Source: Paramicrosporidium saccamoebae KSL3 (lineage: Eukaryota; Fungi; Cryptomycota). From it: a DNA stretch of 16,617 nt. The notes under the pieces were generated by a model. It was not told the DNA's origin. It was given only the letters and a program-made list of their open reading frames with translations, and ran no database searches. Below, in pieces: positions 9,316 to 16,617 of this stretch (position 1 is its first letter; the number at the start of each line of letters is the position of its first letter). The translations under genes were made by a program, and so were the position numbers. The stretch covers positions 1-16,617 of the forward strand of contig MTSL01000018.1 of the NCBI GenBank assembly GCA_002794465.1, in the 5' to 3' direction.

Positions 9316-9930
9316 ATGAATACTGCACAGCACAGCACACCATATGCCCCCCAACAACCTACTGCTAATCTGGTTAAGCAACGGAACATGGGAGGCATCG
9401 CAATTTACTCTATAGTGGGATTTCTACTATTGCTTGCGTGCCCGAGCTTTCTAGCGGGCCAGAACTATTCATCCGGTATCGTAGCGGTGTTGGCTGGGGC
9501 CGGCTGTATCTTGGCCTGTACCCCCATGGCCACCAATGCAACTAATCGCGCGACTGGCTTCCTACTCATCGTGTATCCTATAGTAATCTTCTTTGATACT
9601 TGGAATCCGTTGGTATTCCCGATCCCCATATTGATATCACTCCCACTGCTCTATCCGATGGAGTCGCCAAAGTTTGCTCGGTTTAGGCCGTTCAAGTTGG
9701 TTTCCCCCACGCTGCCCTATTATGCTTCGCCTATGCCCTATGGAGTCCCACAATACGGAATGCCGATGGCCGCCCCACATGTCATGACGCCGCCAGTAAT
9801 GCAGCAGCCAGTGTACACGCCTCAACCAGTGTATACGCCTCAACCCGTGTATACGCAACACCCCACTTACATGCCACAGCCGCCTACGCCGTCGCCCCCG
9901 ACGTATCAGCAGTACCAAGAGAAACGATAG
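9316..9930 (+). CDS. Family C copy C1: 204-aa protein with 3-4 TM helices and a Pro/Tyr/Gln/Met-rich tail with PY motifs
   Basis: It is a full-length paralog of 10342..10953. The ATG at 9316 matches the paralog start, so the TTG at 9286 is rejected. Confidence 0.8.
   Translation: MNTAQHSTPYAPQQPTANLVKQRNMGGIAIYSIVGFLLLLACPSFLAGQNYSSGIVAVLAGAGCILACTPMATNATNRATGFLLIVYPIVIFFDTWNPLVFPIPILISLPLLYPMESPKFARFRPFKLVSPTLPYYASPMPYGVPQYGMPMAAPHVMTPPVMQQPVYTPQPVYTPQPVYTQHPTYMPQPPTPSPPTYQQYQEKR
9808..9879 (+). repeat. Four degenerate 18-nt coding tandem repeats (PVYTPQ PVYTPQ PVYTQH PTYMPQ)
   Basis: ccagtgtacacgcctcaa / ccagtgtatacgcctcaa / cccgtgtatacgcaacac / cccacttacatgccacag. Confidence 0.85.
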
Positions 9931-9982
9931 AGACCCACTGTTGGTCATGATCATTAAATGCAAACACGGAGACACAGTAAAC

Positions 9983-10195
9983 TTATTACTACCAGCTATT
10001 GGACCTTTTGATTTCATGTGTATCGTTTGGATTTTTTCATGCCAAACCGTCCCTGATCCCCGTGTTGGCTGCAATATCATTGCTCATTTCGACAGAATCC
10101 GAGGTCTGGGCAGCTTTTGGCTATACAGATAGTTCGGCATCACTTGCATTCGACAAGCTCTCTCGTAGTCGGTCAACCCCAATGTCTCCTAACCA
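9983..10195 (-). pseudogene. Decayed remnant of the 3' end of an Nha1-type antiporter gene
   Basis: TTATTACTA (TAG TAA TAA on the minus strand) lies 53 nt after the C1 stop, exactly as the NHA triple stop lies 53 nt after the C2 stop. The minus-strand translation LGDIGVD--RLRESL resembles NHA LSDVVVDDPTLRETF at a similar distance from the stop. In-frame stops are present. Confidence 0.45.
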
Positions 10196-10341
10196 ATGTA
10201 ATAAATAATGATAGGCGGTATTAGGTCCCAAATTTGACAGACAGACGGTCCAAGTAAACACGCTAAAGATTGTTTACTCCCAGCAATTCCCATTGGCTGT
10301 CGCCAACACACTTGACCTCGTTGTTGCTAGGGTGGTGAGAG

Positions 10342-10953
10342 ATGAATCCTGCGCCGTACGGCACACCATATACCCCGCAACAATCTAATGCTAATCTGAT
10401 TAAGGAACGGAATACGGGAGGTACTATACTTTACGCTATATTGGGAGGTCTGCAGTTGTTGGGGTGCTTGATCTCTATTATGGAGCCGGACTATTCGCTT
10501 GCTTTCATAACGGGATTTGCCGGGATCGGCTGCATCTTGGCCTGTACCTCCATGGCCACCAATGCATCTAACCGCGCGACTGGTTTCCTACTCATCGTGT
10601 ACTCCATAGTGGCATTCTTTGATGATTGGAATCCGTTGGTATTCCCGATCCCCATATTGACGTCGATCCCGCTGTTTTCGTCAATGGAGTCACCAAGGTT
10701 TTCCAGATTTAGACCGTTCAGGTTTGTTTCCGCCACGCTGCCTTACTATGCTTCCCCCACACCTTATGGAACTCCACAGCACGGCATGCCGATGGCTGCC
10801 CCACATGTCATGATGCCACCAATGATGCCGTCAATGCACACACCGCAACCAATGCATACACCACAACCAATGTACACACAGCAACCAACGTACATGCACC
10901 AGTCGTCTACACCAACGCTCCCAATGTATGGACAGTACCAAGAGAGACAATAA
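10342..10953 (+). CDS. Family C copy C2: 203-aa protein with 3-4 TM helices and a Pro/Tyr/Gln/Met-rich tail with PY motifs
   Basis: It is a paralog of C1 with a shared upstream region, including ATTGG exactly 50 nt before both ATGs. Confidence 0.8.
   Translation: MNPAPYGTPYTPQQSNANLIKERNTGGTILYAILGGLQLLGCLISIMEPDYSLAFITGFAGIGCILACTSMATNASNRATGFLLIVYSIVAFFDDWNPLVFPIPILTSIPLFSSMESPRFSRFRPFRFVSATLPYYASPTPYGTPQHGMPMAAPHVMMPPMMPSMHTPQPMHTPQPMYTQQPTYMHQSSTPTLPMYGQYQERQ
10831..10902 (+). repeat. Four degenerate 18-nt coding tandem repeats (SMHTPQ PMHTPQ PMYTQQ PTYMHQ)
   Basis: tcaatgcacacaccgcaa / ccaatgcatacaccacaa / ccaatgtacacacagcaa / ccaacgtacatgcaccag. Confidence 0.85.
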
Positions 10954-11011
10954 AACCCACCAGTGCAAGTGTTCGCTAAATACAAAAACGGAAATAAAGT
11001 AAAGTTTATTA

Positions 11012-12673
11012 CTAACCACTGGACTCGATAGATTCCATCTGTCCATCCGGTCGATGGAGTTGATTGGATTTATCTGGTTGGTCACGTTGATCGGATTGCT
11101 CAGCGTGCTTCTTTCGTCGTCGTGGGGACTGGATTGATGAGCCGGGCGATTCAAATGTCTCACGCAACGTGGGATCATCCACCACCACATCTGACAATGG
11201 CGATTCTGTCAGCTCGTCTTCCCCTTCACCCTCGTCGTCAGTGATATACACATATTCCTCCTCGTGCTCCTCATGCGGGTCCAAAATGGGAGTTTCAGCA
11301 GGGGTCTCTCCCAGCACTGACATGGAAGCCAATTGTTGGGCCAATTTGTTACGACGCTTTACCTTGCGCTTCATGCGGCGCTTCAAGTGCGAGTTGGTCA
11401 GAGGCACAGTGATTCCGTGGATCAGAATGCTTCCCAATACGACAAAGGTGACGACGGGAAAGATGGACTCTAGGAACGCGGAATCGACGACGGTTGTGGG
11501 ATGGGCTTGGAAAATATCGCGTGCCTGGATGGCAAAGAAGATGGCACCCACCCCGATTGGTCCAAACCAGCCGGCAAAGAACGCCTCCTTCTTGCTCTGC
11601 AGCGTGGGAATGACATGGCGCATGAGCATTACAATTGGGAGTCGTCGGAACAGCAGAATCAGCCCCGCAGTCAGGGACAGCTTCAGGATGCCAAATCGGG
11701 CAAACTCGGCCCAGGGGATCAGTGCACCCAGAAAGACGAAAAAGGTCATGTTGAACAACATGTCCATGACTTCGGCAATGTGTGAATCCTGGGTGGCTGA
11801 GTCAAATGTGTCATCCCAGGCAAACACATTTCCCGCAATGAAAATGGCAAACAAATCGTCACTGGCCATCAGTGCCACCAGTCCCGACACGAACATTGTC
11901 AGCGCAATGGTAAACACTAAAAACGACTCTTTGTCAATGAGTTTGCGCGCCATTGATGCCTTCAGCAAGGTGCGTGCACCAAATCCGCAAATAAAGCCCA
12001 CAATGATTGAGACGAGAATTTCCCACAGCCACGTGTGCACCAACCAATGTGCAACGGCATCGCCTGGGGACGATTGGAGCATGAGCCAAATTGGCAACAT
12101 CATAAAGGGGAAGCCAAGACCGTCGTTGGCTCCACTTTCCACGGCCAGGAGATGGCGCAGCCGGGTGGGAATGTACCGTTCAGCAAATTTGCCTTTAATC
12201 ACCGAATGTGCCAACACGGGATCAGTAGGCGTCACACAGGCCGCAATAATAAAACTTTCTCTCCATCCGAGTCTCAGGGCGACCTGAATGCACAATGCAC
12301 TGATTATCCACATGACCACCATGACCGGGCCCAGCATCATTCCGATCGCCAGTTTGTTGCTTCGTAGAAATTCGCCTGGAACTGACACACCGGCCGCCAT
12401 GACCTGCAGGCCGATGACTATGCGCGCTGCCTCGCGCAGCACATAGCTGTGGTCTGGAAACCACTGCTGTGGTGTCACTACCCCCAAACCCACTGGGCCA
12501 AAGGCAACACCCACGAGGGTGGCCACCAGGGACTCGGTAAGGTACAGTTTTTCCTTGACGAACAGCGACACCAGTCCGAATAGTCCGATGAAGCCGCCCA
12601 GCAGCACATAGTTGGAGTGCAGCGCACTGGGCGGCGTGCTCCACAGCTCTCTAAAGAAGTCGAATAATCCCAT
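11012..12673 (-). CDS. NHA1: Fungal-type plasma-membrane Na+(K+)/H+ antiporter, CPA1 family, 553 aa
   Basis: It carries the hallmark motifs KEKLYLTE, TPTDPVLA, ESGANDGLGFPF, DDLFAIF, DMLFNMTFF and GWFGPIGVGA, about 12 TM helices and a charged tail. The first in-frame ATG is at 12673, where similarity to Nha1 N-termini begins; the ORF-track start at 12823 is a TTG. Confidence 0.92.
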   Translation of the reverse strand: MGLFDFFRELWSTPPSALHSNYVLLGGFIGLFGLVSLFVKEKLYLTESLVATLVGVAFGPVGLGVVTPQQWFPDHSYVLREAARIVIGLQVMAAGVSVPGEFLRSNKLAIGMMLGPVMVVMWIISALCIQVALRLGWRESFIIAACVTPTDPVLAHSVIKGKFAERYIPTRLRHLLAVESGANDGLGFPFMMLPIWLMLQSSPGDAVAHWLVHTWLWEILVSIIVGFICGFGARTLLKASMARKLIDKESFLVFTIALTMFVSGLVALMASDDLFAIFIAGNVFAWDDTFDSATQDSHIAEVMDMLFNMTFFVFLGALIPWAEFARFGILKLSLTAGLILLFRRLPIVMLMRHVIPTLQSKKEAFFAGWFGPIGVGAIFFAIQARDIFQAHPTTVVDSAFLESIFPVVTFVVLGSILIHGITVPLTNSHLKRRMKRKVKRRNKLAQQLASMSVLGETPAETPILDPHEEHEEEYVYITDDEGEGEDELTESPLSDVVVDDPTLRETFESPGSSIQSPRRRKKHAEQSDQRDQPDKSNQLHRPDGQMESIESSG

Positions 12674-12738
12674 AATAAAGTGCCCCGGCCTGGAAGTGCT
12701 ATTTTTCGTATTCCAGCGATCCACCGGCTGCGTTGCTG

Positions 12739-12819
12739 ATTGGCCAGGTTTCACTTTATTTAGGTCTGAGCGCCAATCGTCGGGAGTGTTGGATTGGGGG
12801 CGCTGGTTAAGAGTATTGG
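12739..12819. promoter_or_regulatory. Cluster of four CCAAT/ATTGG boxes upstream of the antiporter
   Basis: ATTGG at 12739, 12793 and 12815 and CCAAT at 12773, all within 81 nt. Confidence 0.5.
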
Positions 12820-12823
12820 CCAA

Positions 12824-12844
12824 GAGTGTTGAGTGTCGAGTGTT
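12824..12844. repeat. Short tandem 7-mer, (GAGTGTY)x3
   Basis: gagtgtt gagtgtc gagtgtt is read directly from the sequence. Confidence 0.6.
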
Positions 12845-12970
12845 GTATCATGTCTCGTTAATTCAAGTCGATTTACTAGAGTGTGCTAATTGACCACATC
12901 CTTCTAGTTTGGTCTAGCCCATAAATTTCCATTTTTAGTTGCATCTGCAAGGAGATACTTTATGTATAAT

Positions 12971-13354
12971 TTATGCGGTGGAATGCTTCAAATAAGCAAT
13001 AATGTCTACATTGTAAGGCTAATTGGGTCGAAATACCGTGGCGTTCCTTGGGCTTCTTCAGTCCCGCAAATGCCATCTTTGTGCCGGGAATGTACTTTTT
13101 CGGGTTCTCCAGATACTCAAAGAGAGTATCCGTGTCCCACGTAATTCCTTTGCTTTTGTTTGCGTCAGTGTATGCGTATCCCTCCACTGCACCCGTCTTT
13201 CGTCCGAACAGTCCATAAAGGTTGGGACCTAGCTTGTTTGAACCCCCCTAGACGAGTTGGCACTCTATCCTCTAAATACCTTTTCCACAGTGTGGCATTG
13301 TCCACATCGAGTCTTGAACAGCTTTGCTCCAATCTCCACGTCGCCCTCGGTCAT
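12971..13354 (-). CDS. CYC1: Mitochondrial cytochrome c, complement(join(12971..13005,13037..13247,13280..13354)), 106 aa
   Basis: The spliced product is [25 protein letters not shown]|[19 protein letters not shown]...[23 protein letters not shown](D)|[10 protein letters not shown]. It has the CxxCH heme-attachment motif and the GTKM axial Met; the exons total 321 nt, in frame. Confidence 0.97.
13006..13036 (-). other. 31-nt intron 2 of cytochrome c (GTATTT...CTTACAATGTAG)
   Basis: Its removal restores the conserved C-terminal R-x-D-I-I-A-Y-L-K helix. Confidence 0.92.
13248..13279 (-). other. 32-nt intron 1 of cytochrome c (GTATTT...CCAACTCGTCTAG)
   Basis: Its removal joins CHTVEK to [10 protein letters not shown] in frame, as in other cytochromes c. 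Confidence 0.92.
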
Positions 13355-13417
13355 GACTACCGCCCTGCCAAATTGAGCCGCATAAATTATATTAACCCAC
13401 TTTTGATTGGCTGCCCG
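13355..13417. promoter_or_regulatory. 63-bp head-to-head spacer between CYC1 and NFS1 (bidirectional promoter core)
   Basis: The divergent ATGs are at 13354 and 13418. The spacer contains CCGCCC, an AT-rich core CATAAATTATATTA (13381..13394) and ATTGG (13406..13410). Confidence 0.7.
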
Positions 13418-14791
13418 ATGTCAAGTTTTGGGAAGCTCTTGCGAGGGACCGAAATCGGGAGGATAACATCTTTCAGACGTCCACTCGCCGAGTGGATACG
13501 CAACGCTAGCGGGACCTCCAAAGGTCAGTCTGAGGAGCCAAAGGTTCCTGGCTTTGAGACGACAAAGTCGGTGCGGTTGGCTGGACGACCAGTGTATCTA
13601 GACTTGCAGGCGACTACTCCAATGGACCCGCGGGTCCTCGACTCTATGCTCCCCTTTCTTACGGAACAATTTGGGAACCCGCATTCCCGGACACATGCAT
13701 ATGGGTGGGAGGCCGAAGCTGCCACTGAGGCTGCACGCGGAGAGGTTGCCAGTCTAATTGGTGCCGATCCGAAGGAGGTCATTTTTACCAGCGGTGCCAC
13801 CGAATCCAACAATATTGCAGTAAAGGGGGTGACGAGATTCTACACGCCCAAGAAGAACCACGTGATAACGACACAGACTGAGCACAAATGCGTGCTGGAT
13901 TCTTGTAGGCAGTTGGAGGAGGAAGGCTTTCGGGTGACATATCTGCCGGTTCAGAAGAATGGAATCATTGACCTAGCGGCTCTTGAAGCAGCCATCACTC
14001 CCGAGACGGCCTTGGTGTCTGTGATGGCGGTGAATAATGAGATTGGCGTGGTGCAGCCGCTCCGTGCCATCGGCGAGTTGTGTCGTCGCTCTGGAGTGTT
14101 CTTCCACACTGATGCTGCCCAAGCCGTCGGCAAAATCCCCATTGACGTTAATGCCATGAGCATTGATCTGCTTTCCATATCGGGACACAAGTTGTATGGA
14201 CCAAAAGGAGTTGGTGCTTTGTATGTGCGAAGGAGACCACGAGTGCGAGTTCATCCACTGCAAACGGGTGGAGGACAGGAGCGTGGCATTCGCTCGGGAA
14301 CAGTGCCCACGCCGCTCATTGTGGGACTTGGCTCAGCATGCCGGGTAGCTGCCGCTGAAATGGACTATGACGCAAAGCACATAGGAAAGCTTTCGGAAAT
14401 GCTGGTGGAGGGAATTACTAGCAAGATTCCGCATGTAATTAGGAATGGTGATGCCGAACATGGCTATGCGGGCTGCGTCAATTTGTCATTTTCGCATGTT
14501 GAGGGTGAATCCCTGTTGATGGCACTGAAGAACATTGCCCTCTCCTCTGGCTCTGCCTGCACCTCTGCCTCCCTGGAACCGTCGTATGTGCTGCGTGCAC
14601 TGGGTGCCGACGATGCCCTCGCCCACTCCTCCATCCGATTTGGACTGGGTCGATTCACGACGGAAGAAGAGGTACGTTTTTGTGTTGACGAGACTGTGCG
14701 ACATGTGAGCCGACTAAGAGAACTAAGTCCGCTGTGGGAGATGGTGCAAGAGGGAATTGACATTAACTCTATCCAATGGTCCCAACACTAG
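13418..14791 (+). CDS. NFS1: Mitochondrial cysteine desulfurase (IscS/Nfs1), 457 aa, with N-terminal presequence
   Basis: It has [47 protein letters not shown] (PLP lysine), [13 protein letters not shown] (catalytic Cys) and the eukaryotic C-terminus WSQH. The Arg/Ser-rich N-terminus starts at ATG 13418; the upstream ORF extension is antisense cytochrome c. Confidence 0.97.
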   Translation: MSSFGKLLRGTEIGRITSFRRPLAEWIRNASGTSKGQSEEPKVPGFETTKSVRLAGRPVYLDLQATTPMDPRVLDSMLPFLTEQFGNPHSRTHAYGWEAEAATEAARGEVASLIGADPKEVIFTSGATESNNIAVKGVTRFYTPKKNHVITTQTEHKCVLDSCRQLEEEGFRVTYLPVQKNGIIDLAALEAAITPETALVSVMAVNNEIGVVQPLRAIGELCRRSGVFFHTDAAQAVGKIPIDVNAMSIDLLSISGHKLYGPKGVGALYVRRRPRVRVHPLQTGGGQERGIRSGTVPTPLIVGLGSACRVAAAEMDYDAKHIGKLSEMLVEGITSKIPHVIRNGDAEHGYAGCVNLSFSHVEGESLLMALKNIALSSGSACTSASLEPSYVLRALGADDALAHSSIRFGLGRFTTEEEVRFCVDETVRHVSRLRELSPLWEMVQEGIDINSIQWSQH

Positions 14792-14982
14792 GCGGTATGG
14801 ATGTATGGTAGGGTGTGGAATTGATAGAAATACAAGCTAGTAATTGTGCGATGGCAAATACACGGGTCGGTTGGCCAGAGGGAACAATTTTACCAAGATG
14901 ATTGTTTAACAGGGCCCTTATTAAAGCTTTGCAGTATTCATGTTGATCTATTGTGAATTATCCTTGTCGCATATGCTTTATA

Positions 14983-16392
14983 TTAGTCGATGGCAATGGT
15001 GGCGACAATGCAAACTGATTTTTCATCAGAAATTTCGAGAAATTGCTCAGCAATGTGTTCTGGTGGGTTGGTTGGCAGAAATATGAGCTGTTTCAACTTT
15101 AGCGTTGACAATTTTTTACGGGGTCCAACCACAACTACGTCCCCATCCTTGACGTCTGCGGTACGAATAGAGTTGTGAGAAGACCAAGCAATGGGGACCA
15201 GAAGTGCTCCTTGGGGGCGGAGAAGAACCACTCCAAGCGGACAGTTGCCAATAGATCTCATCAACAGTCGGCGGTTCTCACAAAGGTCGACAACGAGACC
15301 ATCAGCTACCTTTGAGTACACTCCGAAAACATTCGGATCATCCAAAATAGTCCTATCGAGTTGGTTAACATCCAAATACGGATCAAGTATGCGATCATTA
15401 GAACCCGAATTCGAGTACCGATCCAGGAGTACTATCTTTTCCCGAGTTATCTGGCAGGTCATTTTATGAGTAAAACCAGTCATATGGTTGCCAAACACTT
15501 GTGGCTGCAAGGCTCCATGAACACAGCGATCAAAGAAGCGGACGGATGGCGCTAGAGAATCGTCATCGGTTTGAGAAGCCGAATAGACACCCGCGTCACG
15601 ACGAAACCACGTTGCAAACGAAGCCGGCTCATCGATTGGCTTGTGAGCTAGCTTGTCAGCTGGCTTAACTGACTTGTCCACCGCCACATCAATTATATTG
15701 TTTACGGGATTTAGGAAATTGGGAGAGGATTCGGTCGGAGGAGTTTGTAGACTTATGACTGGCTTTTCCGTTGCATGTGAGTCGTCCTGACTAGGTTTAC
15801 TTTGATGGGAGGGATTATAGCTGGCATCTGGATGTTTATCCAGCTTCTTAGAAGCAAGCGCTGGGACAGTGGATGCCAAGAAAATGGGTTTTGGGGGAAT
15901 GGATGCAGGGTTTGGAAGAATAGGGGGCGAGGGGACGGATGCCGAAATGTTGTTCGTTGGGATGTCAAGTTCGGGAGAGCACGGCACGGAAGGTTCGGAT
16001 AAGAGGATCTCTAATGTTTCTTCCAAAGCTTCGGGTTGGTGTTACAGGCACTCTTTCGGTAAAGAGTCGTGCAACCACTGCAAATGACACGTTTTATCAG
16101 TCACCAAGTTGAAATTTGTGTCTTCATAGGTCAAAAAAGCGGGATATGGCTCTGAAAGTATCGATTCTTCAAATTCTTGGGAATCTTCAACTGGGCCATA
16201 GATTAGGTTGATATTTAGGTCACTGGGAGGGACTAGTGGCACTGATTTGTCATCAGCTTCACGGGTGAAGAGACCTGGAAACACATTTTCAACGGACCAA
16301 CCTTTGTCTTCAAGTCGGATCTGATAGAGCCGATTGTGTTTTGTTGCGGAGCAGATGGATAGCCCAAGTATTATGACCAGAAAAAACGTCAT
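14983..16392 (-). CDS. Putative secreted protein: signal peptide, Pro/Ser-rich linker, degenerate PPM (PP2C/SpoIIE-like) domain; one in-frame TAA at 16042..16044
   Basis: ORFs 16042..16485 and 14983..16026 are in the same frame, separated only by TAA (LPKECL*HQPEALEETLE). ATG 16392 begins MTFFLVIILGLSICSA-TK, a signal-peptide pattern. The second ORF has no early ATG (its track start is a TTG). Confidence 0.6.
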
Positions 16393-16617
16393 GAGATAAT
16401 CCCTGGTCGCGTTGTGAATCAACAGGTATCGTTGCGCAATGAACAGCCCCTGACTCGGGGACACGGGATTCCCGAATGCTATCAAAAAAGTTTGTTAACA
16501 TGATGTGAAATGGTACACCTTTATTGAGAACATGAGGGATTAGATCACAGATTAGTACGTGTGGTTAGATCAAGGTAGCATTATGAATTTAAACAAGGCA
16601 ACCACTTTACATATTAT

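Noticed and set aside
11169-12287. 372-aa plus-strand ORF
   Set aside because: It is an antisense shadow of the GC-rich antiporter CDS in the mirrored frame. The same applies to 8233..8517, 9637..10080, 13525..14763 and similar overlapping ORFs.
12674-12823. 50-codon TTG-initiated extension of the antiporter
   Set aside because: It has a non-ATG start, no Nha1 similarity, and contains four CCAAT boxes, so it is better explained as promoter/UTR.
12807-12851. 14-codon minus-strand uORF upstream of NHA1
   Set aside because: It overlaps the putative promoter boxes and is probably outside the transcript; there is no supporting evidence.
13160-13417. 86-codon N-terminal extension of NFS1 in the ORF track
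   Set aside because: It starts at TTG and is the antisense strand of cytochrome c plus the spacer. The presequence-like region starts at ATG 13418.
1-16617. rRNA, tRNA, CRISPR arrays, transposon ends or prokaryotic operon signals
   Set aside because: None were seen. All repeats are gene duplications or short coding/tandem repeats, and the gene structure is eukaryotic.

Overview
This is compact eukaryotic (fungal-lineage-like) genomic DNA, not prokaryotic. It has tiny spliceosomal introns of 31-34 nt, very short intergenic spacers, and CCAAT/TATA-type promoters. Bases ~11,000-14,800 hold three intact housekeeping genes: an Nha1-type alkali cation/H+ antiporter, cytochrome c (3 exons, which the ORF track does not assemble), and mitochondrial cysteine desulfurase Nfs1, which sits head-to-head with cytochrome c across only 63 bp. 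Bases 1-11,000 are an accessory block of duplicated small membrane-protein genes. Family A has 4 copies, with N-terminal TM helices, an F-box-like motif and a C-terminal CxxC-x26/27-CxxC; one copy is intact after splicing, two are frameshifted and one is cut by the window edge. Family B has 2 copies, each apparently two fused MscS-like TM+beta-domain cores. Family C has 2 copies with TM helices and Pro/Tyr/Gln tails carrying PY motifs, and there is also one orphan 4-TM gene. At the right end is a signal-peptide gene with a degenerate PP2C/SpoIIE-like domain, split by a single in-frame TAA. Respiratory cytochrome c, micro-introns and compaction together suggest an early-diverging Rozellomycota/Microsporidia-related parasite (Paramicrosporidium-like); this is inference only. 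All family assignments come from motif alignment by eye against remembered consensus sequences; no searches were run.
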